64,000 nt of DNA, from positions 1-64,000 of the IMG/VR virus record IMGVR_UViG_2886410390_000001; one strand, given 5' to 3'. Under the pieces are notes generated by a model. That model saw only the letters and a list, made by a program, of their open reading frames with translations, had not been told where the DNA came from and made no database searches. Below are positions 1-8,333 of the stretch, in pieces (within the stretch, counting starts at the first letter, position 1; the number at the start of each line of letters is the position of its first letter). The position numbers and the translations under genes are program-made. This DNA is from a virus (taxonomy: Duplodnaviria; Caudoviricetes).

Positions 1-705
1 GTGACGGCTTGCACCTCGACGTTCGACGTCTGGCCGTGCACCGAGCGTGGGCGGCGCGCCTATCACGAGGACGCGGTGGGGCACCGTCCCGGTCCGGAGA
101 CGGCGGTGTACGCGGTTGCGGACGGGCTGGGCGGGCACTCCGGCGGTGATGTCGCCGCCCAGCGCGCGGTGCAGGCCGTCCTGGACTTCGTGCCGGGGCC
201 CGGGGACCTGGCCGGCATCGCCCGCGCTGCGGTGGGCCTCGCGCACGAGCTCGTCCTCGATGAGCAGCGCCGCACGGGCACCGACTGCCGCACCACGCTG
301 GTGCTACTGCTGGTGCGTGGCGCCCGGGCCGTGGTGGCGCACGTGGGCGACTCCCGAGTGTACCGCCTGCGCTGTGGCGTCCTGGAGCAGCTCACCCAGG
401 ACCACCGGCACCCGGAGTCCCGGCACGTCCTCATGCGCTGCCTGGGCAGCCAGCGGTACGAGGACAACGCGCCGGTACCCGATGTCCGCGAGCTGGAGGT
501 GCAGCCCGGGGACGTCTACGCCCTTACCACGGACGGTGTGCACGACACGCTCGGCACCGAGGGCGTCCGCGGCGTGCTCCGGGAGATGGATTCGGTGCTC
601 GGCGCGCGCTGGGCCGCCGAGGAGCTGGTGGCCCGGGCTCTCGCCCAGGGCAGCACCGACAACTGCACCGCGCTGGTGGTGCGGCTCCCGGGAGGCGCCC
701 TGTGA
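1..705 (+). CDS. PP2C/PPM-family Ser/Thr protein phosphatase (start may lie upstream of the window)
   Basis: Motifs HEDA, VADGLGGH, TT, HVGDSRVY, DH, LTTDGVHD, GSTDNCT. Confidence 0.92.
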   Translation: MTACTSTFDVWPCTERGRRAYHEDAVGHRPGPETAVYAVADGLGGHSGGDVAAQRAVQAVLDFVPGPGDLAGIARAAVGLAHELVLDEQRRTGTDCRTTLVLLLVRGARAVVAHVGDSRVYRLRCGVLEQLTQDHRHPESRHVLMRCLGSQRYEDNAPVPDVRELEVQPGDVYALTTDGVHDTLGTEGVRGVLREMDSVLGARWAAEELVARALAQGSTDNCTALVVRLPGGAL

Positions 706-1301
706 GCGCCCCCACCGTGTGGCAGCACCGCGTGCGCGGAGAGAAGGGCCAGTGGCTGGCGGACGTCGTCCTTCGCTCGGATGGCTTCTTCGCGGCTGTC
801 TCTGGCTGGGGCAGCTACGCCTTCAGATGGACGCACCCGGGCATGCCCTTCCGCGCCTTCGTGGCTCAGCTCGAGGGCCAGGACTCCTACGTGTGCAGCA
901 AGTTGGACCGGCGCGACTGGTTCGACGGTGAGGCCACGCTCAAGAGCATCCGGCAGCACATTCTCGAATACCGGCGCGACGGCAACATGTCGAAGGCGGA
1001 GGCGGCCAAGGAGTGGGACATCCTCACCGACATCGTCGGCGGAGGCGTCAAGGCCGAGGCTCGCGACGCGGGGGAGTTGGACCTCTACCAGTACTTCCAG
1101 TGGCACGACCGGACCGGGCTGGGTGACGCCAGCGAGTTTGGCGTCTACGGGTACCACCCCGACTTGCGCGGCTTCTGTCGCGAGGTGATGCCCCGGCTCG
1201 CCACGCTCCTCCGCGCCGAGCTGGCTGCCGCGGTCCCCAACGGCGAGCGCACGGAGTGCAGCGTCGACCCCGCGCTGGCCGGGAAGGCGGTGGCGCCGTG
1301 A
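702..1301 (+). CDS. Phage hypothetical protein
   Basis: 199-aa ORF with normal composition; GTGA overlap with the PP2C stop. Confidence 0.75.
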   Translation: MSAPTVWQHRVRGEKGQWLADVVLRSDGFFAAVSGWGSYAFRWTHPGMPFRAFVAQLEGQDSYVCSKLDRRDWFDGEATLKSIRQHILEYRRDGNMSKAEAAKEWDILTDIVGGGVKAEARDAGELDLYQYFQWHDRTGLGDASEFGVYGYHPDLRGFCREVMPRLATLLRAELAAAVPNGERTECSVDPALAGKAVAP

Positions 1302-1522
1302 GCATCACCGGCCACTTCAGCAGCATCAGCCAGCGTGGGCCCATCGGCCACATCTGCACCCTGCGCGCTCCCGGCCTTGAGGTGGAGGTGCATGCCCGCA
1401 CTCGCCAGGACGCGGAGGAGAGCGCGGCCCTGGTGCTCACCCAGGAGCTGCGCCGGCGGGAGCTCGCCGCCCGCTACCCGCGCGCCCAGCAACAAACGCT
1501 CAGCACGCGGAGGCCGTCATGA
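1298..1522 (+). CDS. Small hypothetical protein
   Basis: GTGA and ATGA overlaps with both neighbours. Confidence 0.6.
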   Translation: MSITGHFSSISQRGPIGHICTLRAPGLEVEVHARTRQDAEESAALVLTQELRRRELAARYPRAQQQTLSTRRPS

Positions 1523-2133
1523 GAACCACTCAGCGCCCGCTCACCGCCGCGGAGCAGCAGCTCGTGCCCGGGGCCCGCCGAGTCGTCTGGTGGGCTGTCC
1601 ATCGCTTCATCCGGCACCACCCCGTGGCTCGCGGCTACGAGGACGACCTCGCCAGCTACGGGTGGTTGGGCGCCATCTACGCGGCGCAGCGCTGGAGCCC
1701 GGATGGGGGAGCGTCCTTCAGGACGTTCACTCAGCGGCCCGTGAAGCGCTTCGTGGCCAGGGGCTGGCTGGCCCTGGTCGGCGTCGTCCGCGACGAGCAC
1801 GGGGCGTATGTCGAGCGCCAGGAGGTGCCGCTCGACGACGTGCTCAACGTCGTTGTCCCACCCACGCAGGAGCGGGCGGCGGAAGCGCGTCGGCTCGGCG
1901 CCTCCATCGGCGAGCGGCTGTGCGCGCATATGCGGCCCGGCACGACGCAACCCGTCCGCGAGAAGGCCGTGCGCGCCTACCTGCTGCACCTCCAGGGCGA
2001 GACCCTGGAAGCCATCGGCGCGGAGTTCGGCGCTACGCGCCAGCGCGCGCACCAGGTGCTGACCCTAGCCGAGCAGGCCGCGCTGCGCTGGGCCGCGTCC
2101 ATGAAGCCCCACTGGGAGAGGAGCGCGGCATGA
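1519..2133 (+). CDS. Sigma-70-like protein (region 2 plus region 4 HTH)
   Basis: EDDLASYGWLGAIYAAQRWSPDGGASFRTF resembles region 2; ETLEAIGAEFGATRQRAHQV resembles the region 4.2 HTH. Confidence 0.75.
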   Translation: MRTTQRPLTAAEQQLVPGARRVVWWAVHRFIRHHPVARGYEDDLASYGWLGAIYAAQRWSPDGGASFRTFTQRPVKRFVARGWLALVGVVRDEHGAYVERQEVPLDDVLNVVVPPTQERAAEARRLGASIGERLCAHMRPGTTQPVREKAVRAYLLHLQGETLEAIGAEFGATRQRAHQVLTLAEQAALRWAASMKPHWERSAA

Positions 2134-2450
2134 CGTCCTGCAACCGCCGTCCACCGCCTGAGCACGGCCCCGCAGGTGGAGCCCCCACTCAGCGCCAGCA
2201 GGAGGTGCTCGCCTTCATCCACGCCTTCAAGGCGGAGCACGAGGTCGCGCCGAGCATCCGCGACATGTGCGAGCGCTTCGGATGGGCGTCCACCAACGGG
2301 GCTCAGGACTTCCTCCTCCGTCTCCAGAGGCGGCACCTGTTGACGTGGCTCCCTGGCGTCGCGCGCTCGTGGCGCCTCACAGAGTCCGGGAAGGCCGTGG
2401 CCGAGGGCTACCTGCGCCAGCACCCCGAGTTGCTGGAGGTGGCGCCGTGA
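2130..2450 (+). CDS. LexA-type winged-helix DNA-binding protein with no peptidase domain
   Basis: TQRQQEVLAFI...PSIRDMCERFGWASTNGAQDFLLRLQRRHLL...GVARS matches the LexA N-terminal domain. Confidence 0.82.
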   Translation: MTSCNRRPPPEHGPAGGAPTQRQQEVLAFIHAFKAEHEVAPSIRDMCERFGWASTNGAQDFLLRLQRRHLLTWLPGVARSWRLTESGKAVAEGYLRQHPELLEVAP

Positions 2451-2776
2451 GCTGCGGCCTCCTCACCACGCCCGCCACGCGCCGCCTGGCCGTGGCGTAC
2501 CTCGTCGCTACCACGCCCGTCACCCGCGCCGGCCTGCTGCTCCTGCGCCTTCACCGCGACGCGCAGCTCATGCAGCCCGGGGGCTGCCTCGTGTGCTGGA
2601 AGGCGAGGCCGCTCGTCCAGCAGCTGAAGGAGTCGCGCGAGCGGCCCGCCATGACGTGTGGGCACGTCCGCTGCGTCCGGCTGGTGCGCCAGCTCCGCGA
2701 CAAGCAGTCGGGGCTCCACGAGCGCGCGAAGGCCGGCTTCGTCGCTGCGGTGGAGGAGGGCGCCCGTGCTGCGTGA
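2447..2776 (+). CDS. Hypothetical protein with CxxC and CxHxxC
   Basis: GTGA overlap; CLVC and CGHVRC. Confidence 0.6.
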   Translation: MSCGLLTTPATRRLAVAYLVATTPVTRAGLLLLRLHRDAQLMQPGGCLVCWKARPLVQQLKESRERPAMTCGHVRCVRLVRQLRDKQSGLHERAKAGFVAAVEEGARAA

Positions 2777-2939
2777 CGCCTCCAGCCTCCTCGACGTCCT
2801 GGCCTCGCTGCTGCATCTGGCGCTGGCCGCCTCCCTCTGGGCGGAGCGCCGCCGGCTGCGCCGCGAGTACCCGCCCAGGAAGTCCAACCCTCGCCGTACA
2901 CCCACGCTGCGCGTGGTGTCTGGAGGTCGCCGTGGCTGA
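2766..2939 (+). CDS. Small membrane-associated hypothetical protein
   Basis: Hydrophobic N-terminal half and basic tail; overlaps both neighbours. Confidence 0.45.
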   Translation: MLRDASSLLDVLASLLHLALAASLWAERRRLRREYPPRKSNPRRTPTLRVVSGGRRG

Positions 2940-3921
2940 CAAGAGCGCTATCGAGTGGACGGACGCGACGTGGAACCCGGTGCGCGGCTGCTCCCGGGTG
3001 TCTCCCGGGTGTGGTGGCGGGACACCGGGCCCGCTCAAGGGCGGCTGCTATGCCGAGCGCATGGCGGCGCGCTTCTCCGGGCCGGGGCAGGCCTATGAGG
3101 GGCTGGCGACGTTCACGCCTGCGGGCGCGCGGTGGACGGGCGCCGTGCGGGTGGTGGAGGCGATGTTGTTCCAACCGCTCGCGTGGTCGCGCCCGCGCCG
3201 CATCTTCGTGAACAGCATGAGCGACCTGTTCCATGAGAACCTGGCGCTCTCCGACGTCGACCGCATCGTGGCGGTGATGGCGATGTCGCCGCAGCACACG
3301 TTCCAGGTGCTGACGAAGCGCGCCGCGCGGATGCGGGACTACTTCAACGCGCCGGACTTCGCTCACCGCCTGGGCGTGGTCATGGCGAAGATGCTGGCCG
3401 ACAAGCCGCGCCTGCTCCGGAAACGCGCCACCGCGCCCATTCAGCTCCCGCTCCCGAATCTCTGGGGAGGGGTGTCCGTGGAGGACCAGCAGCGCGCGGA
3501 TGAGCGGGTGTCCGCGCTCATCGCCACGCGCCTCGCTGTGCGTTTCCTGTCGTGTGAGCCGCTCCTCGGCCCCGTCCGCATTGGCCTGCACGGGACGATG
3601 CCGAAGACGGTCAGCCCCCGCTACGCACCGGTGGCCGATCGCATCCACTGGGTCATCTGCGGTGGCGAGTCCCAGGACGGAGCGCGGCCGATGCACCCTG
3701 CCTGGGCGCGTGCGCTGCGCGATGAGTGCGTCTCCGTAGGCGTGCCGTTCTTCTTCAAGCAGTGGGGCGAGTGGGTCTCGGTGAGCGAGGTGGCGGGCCC
3801 CGGCGCGCACCACAGCTTCCCGGACGGCAGCACCGTGCGGCGTGTCGGAAAGAAGGCAGCCGGCCGCGAGCTGGACGGGCGCACCTGGGACGAGTTCCCG
3901 GTGGAGGTGTCCCGTGCGTGA
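2932..3921 (+). CDS. DUF5131 / phage Gp37Gp68 family protein (three-Cys motif)
   Basis: IEWTDATWNPVRGCSRVSPGC...CYA, IFVNSMSDLFH, FQVLTKR, FLSCEPLLG, WVICGGES, FFFKQWG. Confidence 0.93.
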   Translation: MADKSAIEWTDATWNPVRGCSRVSPGCGGGTPGPLKGGCYAERMAARFSGPGQAYEGLATFTPAGARWTGAVRVVEAMLFQPLAWSRPRRIFVNSMSDLFHENLALSDVDRIVAVMAMSPQHTFQVLTKRAARMRDYFNAPDFAHRLGVVMAKMLADKPRLLRKRATAPIQLPLPNLWGGVSVEDQQRADERVSALIATRLAVRFLSCEPLLGPVRIGLHGTMPKTVSPRYAPVADRIHWVICGGESQDGARPMHPAWARALRDECVSVGVPFFFKQWGEWVSVSEVAGPGAHHSFPDGSTVRRVGKKAAGRELDGRTWDEFPVEVSRA

Positions 3922-4600
3922 GCGGCCGCTGCTGTTCTTGGCGCCCATGGTGCTGGCCATCCTCGCCGGACGGAAGACGGTGACGCGGCGAGTACTCACC
4001 GCGAGCTTCCCGCCGGTCGGCAAACGCGTCCCGGGGCCTGCCTACGAGCGCGCTTCGATGACCAACGACGCCGCGCTGCTGAAGGGGGACAACGTGGAGC
4101 CGCTCACGGTGGTCTGTCCCTACGGCCAGCCCGGGGACCGGCTATGGGTGAAGGAAACGTGGCGGCCCGCGGCCTCGTCGCTGGGACAGCGCATAGGGTG
4201 GAGAATCACCTACGCCGCTGATGGCGCCGTGCTCTTCTCCGACCTTGCGCGCGTCGATGCGGCGTGGCGCTGCCCGGCTGCGGCAAAGCGCGGGAACGTC
4301 ACCCCGCTCTTCATGCCGCGCTGGGCTTCCCGCCTGACGCTGGAGGTGGTGAGCGTGCGCGTCGAGCGCCTCCACGACATCACCGAGGAGGACGCGCGAG
4401 CGGAGGGGGTTGAGCGGCATCCGACGGAGAACGGCTGGCGGAACTACGAGCCGGAACCGCACTTCGAAGGCGTCGCGTACCACACCACCGCGCGCGAGTC
4501 GTTCGCATCGCTGTGGCGGTTCCTCAACGGCGCTGAGTCCTGGGACGCGAGCCCGTGGGTGTGGCGCGTGGAGTTCAAGCGCGTGGAGGTTGCCCGGTGA
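3914..4600 (+). CDS. Conserved phage ASCH/PUA-like protein
   Basis: PMVLAILAGRKTVTRR, CPYGQPGDRLWVKETW, MPRWASRLTLEV, VERLHDITEEDARAEG, W...PWVWRVEF. Confidence 0.8.
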   Translation: MRERPLLFLAPMVLAILAGRKTVTRRVLTASFPPVGKRVPGPAYERASMTNDAALLKGDNVEPLTVVCPYGQPGDRLWVKETWRPAASSLGQRIGWRITYAADGAVLFSDLARVDAAWRCPAAAKRGNVTPLFMPRWASRLTLEVVSVRVERLHDITEEDARAEGVERHPTENGWRNYEPEPHFEGVAYHTTARESFASLWRFLNGAESWDASPWVWRVEFKRVEVAR

Positions 4601-5148
4601 GCGCGCACTACCTCGACTCCGGGGCGCTCCTCAGCGCATGCGGGACCTACCGCTACAGCCTCTGGCGCGCGTGGGATGCCGTGGCCGTTCCGCGCGTCGC
4701 GCTGTGGCTCATGACGAACCCGTCGGACGCGGACGGCACCCGCGACGACCCGACGCTGACTAGGTGCGTGCGCTTCTCCCAGGCGTGGGGGTGCACGGGG
4801 CTGGTGGTGGGCAACCTCCAGGCATACCGGACCCCGTACCCCGCCGCGCTCGCTGTTGCCGCCGCTTCAGGCGTGGACACGGTCGGCCCTGCCAACACCG
4901 CCGTACTGGCCGCGCTGCTGGCCGCCCCGGAAACGGCGCTCGTCATCGCCGCGTGGGGCGCGCACGAGAACAATGCTCTCAGCGTGCCGCACCTCCTCGA
5001 GTTCGCGCGCGCCGCGGAGCGCCAGCTCCACTGCCTCGGCCGTACCTCGGACGGCAGCCCGCTTCACCCGCTCGCCCGTGGGAAGTCGTTTGTCCCGTAC
5101 ACGCGGCAGCCCGTCCTCTTTCGGGGGCTGGGCGAGGAGGCGCCATGA
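4597..5148 (+). CDS. DUF1643 domain protein
   Basis: YRYSLWRAW, MTNPSDADGTRDDPTLTRC, NL.AYR, AAWG, HPL. Confidence 0.88.
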   Translation: MSAHYLDSGALLSACGTYRYSLWRAWDAVAVPRVALWLMTNPSDADGTRDDPTLTRCVRFSQAWGCTGLVVGNLQAYRTPYPAALAVAAASGVDTVGPANTAVLAALLAAPETALVIAAWGAHENNALSVPHLLEFARAAERQLHCLGRTSDGSPLHPLARGKSFVPYTRQPVLFRGLGEEAP

Positions 5149-5330
5149 GCCGCCGCTCCCGCACCCTCGGGCTCGTCGCCCTGGCGCTGTGCTGCACCTG
5201 CACGGGCGTCTGCTTCGCCCGCGTCGAGCCTCACGCCTCCCATGCCGCCGCGCTCGCGGCTGGCGCCGTCGTCGCCACCCTCGCCGCAGTGCTGCGCGCC
5301 GTGGCCCACCTCACCCGGAGCCGTCCATGA
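5145..5330 (+). CDS. Small two-TM membrane protein
   Basis: Two hydrophobic stretches; ATGA overlaps on both sides. Confidence 0.55.
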   Translation: MSRRSRTLGLVALALCCTCTGVCFARVEPHASHAAALAAGAVVATLAAVLRAVAHLTRSRP

Positions 5331-7438
5331 GCTGCATCCGTCAGCACGAGTTCACCATCGGCTATCTCTTCTCCGGGGCGGGCGTCGGCGCCTTCGGTGC
5401 CGATTGCGCCCAGGTAGAGGTGGACGGCCACCGTGCCATCGTCCGCAACGTCGGCGGCATCGACTTCGAGCAAGAGCGCTGCGACACCTTCACCAAGCTC
5501 ACCGGCGCCCGTGCTCTGTGCGCCGACATCGGTCGCATGCGCCCGCGCGAGCTGCGCGCCTTCTTCGGGCCCCGCGCGCCGTACTTCATGAAGTGGTCGC
5601 CCCCGTGCAAGGGCGCCTCGCGGCTCACCTCGAAGGCCCGGGCCGCGACGAAGAAGTACCAGGACATGAACCGGCTCGCCGTGAAGGCCGCGCGCAAGGT
5701 GCTCGCCGCGTGGAAGGGCGACGAGCGGCCCGTCATGGTGGTCATCGAGAACGTGCCCGCGTACCGGCACCGTTGCCCGGAGAACCTGAAGGAGGTGCTC
5801 CGACTCGGCCGGCGTGCCGGCTACGAGGTGTCGGTGGTGGAGCACGACCTGGGCGAGGAGGCGGGGCTCGCGCAGGTCCGCCAGCGCCTCACCATCACCT
5901 GGAAGGACGTGAAGCGCTGCCCGGTGCCGGTGAGCATGCCCAGCAAGAAGCGCCTGCGCGGCGTGGGGGAGGTGCTCGGACCGCTTCCCTTCCCGGACGA
6001 CCCGCGCGCGGGGAAGCACCACCGCCTGCCGCGCATCGAGTGGCTCAACGCCGTGCGCCTGGCGCTGGTGCCCCCCGGTGGGGACTGGCGCGACTTGCCT
6101 CCGCGCGGTGGTGTGGTTGCGTGGCTGGAGCAGCGCGGGCTGTGGCCCGCCGGCGTGGAGACGGGCCCCTTCCGCGAGCTCATCGAGGAGCAGCTCGGCA
6201 ACCCGGTGCAGCCGGGCCAGCAGCGCCGCGAGGTGTTCCGCCGCGAGCCCGTCCAGGCCTGGGCGGAGCCGGCGCCCACCGTTTCCGGCCCGGGCGGCAT
6301 GGGACTCAAGGCCGTGCAGGACCCGCGCGGGCTGGAGGATGTCGCACTCACGCATGCGCGCGTCGAACGCTTCTCCGACCAGTACCGCGTGCAGGACTGG
6401 GACGTGCCGGGAAAGACGGTGACAGGCACGAAGGACGTGCAGGCGGGCGGCCCAGTCATCGCGGACCCTCAGGCACTGGACGCGTTGCCCCTACGCGCGG
6501 ACGGGCGGAAGGGCACCTGCGGCGTCATCCGGTGGGATGGCCCGGCCGGCACCGTCATCGGCATGCCGTACGTCTCCGGTGGCAGTACGCCTGTCTCCGT
6601 GGCGGACCCGCGCGCCCTCGATGGCATCGCCATGGGCACGGACAACCCCTTGCGGCACCGGAACAAGTACGCGGTGGCGGGGTGGGACCGCGCCGCGGGC
6701 ACAGTGACGGCCGCCACCCGGCCGGGCTCCGGTGCCCCCTCCGTCGCGGACCAGCGTGTCCTCGAGCTGCTAGGGCTCGGGCAGACGGCGAAGGGCTCCG
6801 GCACCTACGCGGGCCGGCCGGGTCTCTTCGGCGTGCTGCGCGAGGAGGAGCCGGCTTCCACGGTGTCGGGCTCCGCAGCGGTGAGCAGTAGCAACACGCC
6901 GGCCGCGCTCGCTGACTCCCGGGCGCGAACCGCGCTGGAGGCGCTCGGCGTGGGCCTCACCTGCCGCAACGGCTTCTATGGCGTGCTGGAATGGGATGCC
7001 GCCGCGCGCACCGTCACCGGCAGCCTCCAGGTGGACAACGGCCCGGCGACGGTGGCCGACCCGCGCCCGCCGCCCCGTCTCGTCATCGACATCCGCCTGG
7101 CCCTGGCGCTGCTCGCCGAGGGCTGGGAGGTGCCGAAGGGCGCGCTGGCTCCCGCCGTCATCTCCCCGCTGTCCGGCTGCTGGCACCGGCCCCTCACCAC
7201 GTTGGAGCTGGCCGTTCTCCAGGGCCTGCCTCCGGTGGTGGACGGCGCGCCGCTGGAGTTCGTCTCCACGTCGGACGCGCGCGTGCGCTCCATGGTGGGC
7301 GACGGCATTCCCGCTGGCGGCGCGCTGGTGTGGACGGAGGAGCAGCTGAAGGCCGCGCTGAAGTCGAAGCTCGGGTACGGCTGGAGCCTCGTGCCGGACC
7401 TCTGGTTCCACCCGGAGTTGGAGGGGTACGCGGCGTGA
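5327..7438 (+). CDS. C5 cytosine DNA methyltransferase with a repeat-expanded variable region (703 aa)
   Basis: Motif I LFSGAG, IV SPPC, VI ENV, VIII QxRxR, IX RPLTTLELAVLQG, X-like VGDGIP; six internal repeats. Confidence 0.88.
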   Translation: MSCIRQHEFTIGYLFSGAGVGAFGADCAQVEVDGHRAIVRNVGGIDFEQERCDTFTKLTGARALCADIGRMRPRELRAFFGPRAPYFMKWSPPCKGASRLTSKARAATKKYQDMNRLAVKAARKVLAAWKGDERPVMVVIENVPAYRHRCPENLKEVLRLGRRAGYEVSVVEHDLGEEAGLAQVRQRLTITWKDVKRCPVPVSMPSKKRLRGVGEVLGPLPFPDDPRAGKHHRLPRIEWLNAVRLALVPPGGDWRDLPPRGGVVAWLEQRGLWPAGVETGPFRELIEEQLGNPVQPGQQRREVFRREPVQAWAEPAPTVSGPGGMGLKAVQDPRGLEDVALTHARVERFSDQYRVQDWDVPGKTVTGTKDVQAGGPVIADPQALDALPLRADGRKGTCGVIRWDGPAGTVIGMPYVSGGSTPVSVADPRALDGIAMGTDNPLRHRNKYAVAGWDRAAGTVTAATRPGSGAPSVADQRVLELLGLGQTAKGSGTYAGRPGLFGVLREEEPASTVSGSAAVSSSNTPAALADSRARTALEALGVGLTCRNGFYGVLEWDAAARTVTGSLQVDNGPATVADPRPPPRLVIDIRLALALLAEGWEVPKGALAPAVISPLSGCWHRPLTTLELAVLQGLPPVVDGAPLEFVSTSDARVRSMVGDGIPAGGALVWTEEQLKAALKSKLGYGWSLVPDLWFHPELEGYAA

Positions 7439-8100
7439 GCGCCTGCGCCAGCCACCCAGGGCGCGCGCCCCTCCTCGCCGTCACCGTGCCCCAGCCCCTC
7501 GCGTGGGCGGCCATGGTCCGCAACGCGCCCGTGCTCAACATGACGGCGCCGCCGCCCGACGCCTTCCTGGGCGGCTACGTGGCCGTCTGCGCGGCTGCCG
7601 AGTATGAGCCCGCGCTCGCCTCGTGGATGTCGACCTGGTGCGCAGTGGGGGCGCCGCCGGCCGCCGAGTTGCCCGCGTGCGCGGTGGTGGCGGTGGCGCG
7701 GCTGGAGGCCGTCTCCCGGTACCCGGACGCGCCGCGCGAGTCGCCCTGGTACGCCGGCCCGGTGGGTCTATGGCTCGCCGATGTGGTGCCCCTGCCGGAG
7801 CCGGTGGCCTGCGAGCCGGACGTGACGGCCCTCTACTGGACGCTGCCGGACGAGGTGCGCGCCCAGGTGCGCGCGGCCTACTCCACGGTGCGGCAGGCCG
7901 ACGACGCCCGGTGGCGCGCGTACGAGGAGCAGGCGGCCGCCGCTCTCCGCGCGCCGCCCGCGCCGGGGCTGAAGGCGCGGGTGCTGCGCCTGTGCTCCTG
8001 TCGCCGGGCGATGACGCCGTGCCCGGTGTGCCGCGCCTTCCGGTGCGGCAACCCGGCGTGCCCGCCCCACGCGTGCGCGCAGGAGGCACGCCGCCCATGA
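7435..8100 (+). CDS. ASCH-domain protein with C-terminal Cys cluster
   Basis: AVTVPQPLAWA, AVVAVARL, PWYAGPVGLWLADV, LPEPV; C-terminal CSC..CPVC..C..C. Confidence 0.72.
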   Translation: MSACASHPGRAPLLAVTVPQPLAWAAMVRNAPVLNMTAPPPDAFLGGYVAVCAAAEYEPALASWMSTWCAVGAPPAAELPACAVVAVARLEAVSRYPDAPRESPWYAGPVGLWLADVVPLPEPVACEPDVTALYWTLPDEVRAQVRAAYSTVRQADDARWRAYEEQAAAALRAPPAPGLKARVLRLCSCRRAMTPCPVCRAFRCGNPACPPHACAQEARRP

Positions 8101-8333
8101 GCTGCCCCGAGGACAAGCAGCAGGGGAGAGGCACCCAGGGCCGCGCCACCTGCGAGCTGCGCCACCTGACGTGCCAGTTCGGCTACCGCGTGCTCGACGG
8201 CACCGGCAGCCGGCCGCAGCGCGTGGAGGTGTCCATCCCCGGGTACCGGGCCACGTGGCGCCGCATCCCCGGGGGCCTCTACGAGCGCGAGCCCGACACC
8301 ACCGAGTCCGACACCCGAGGGGAAGTCCCATGA
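8097..8333 (+). CDS. Hypothetical protein
   Basis: ATGA overlaps on both sides. Confidence 0.55.
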   Translation: MSCPEDKQQGRGTQGRATCELRHLTCQFGYRVLDGTGSRPQRVEVSIPGYRATWRRIPGGLYEREPDTTESDTRGEVP

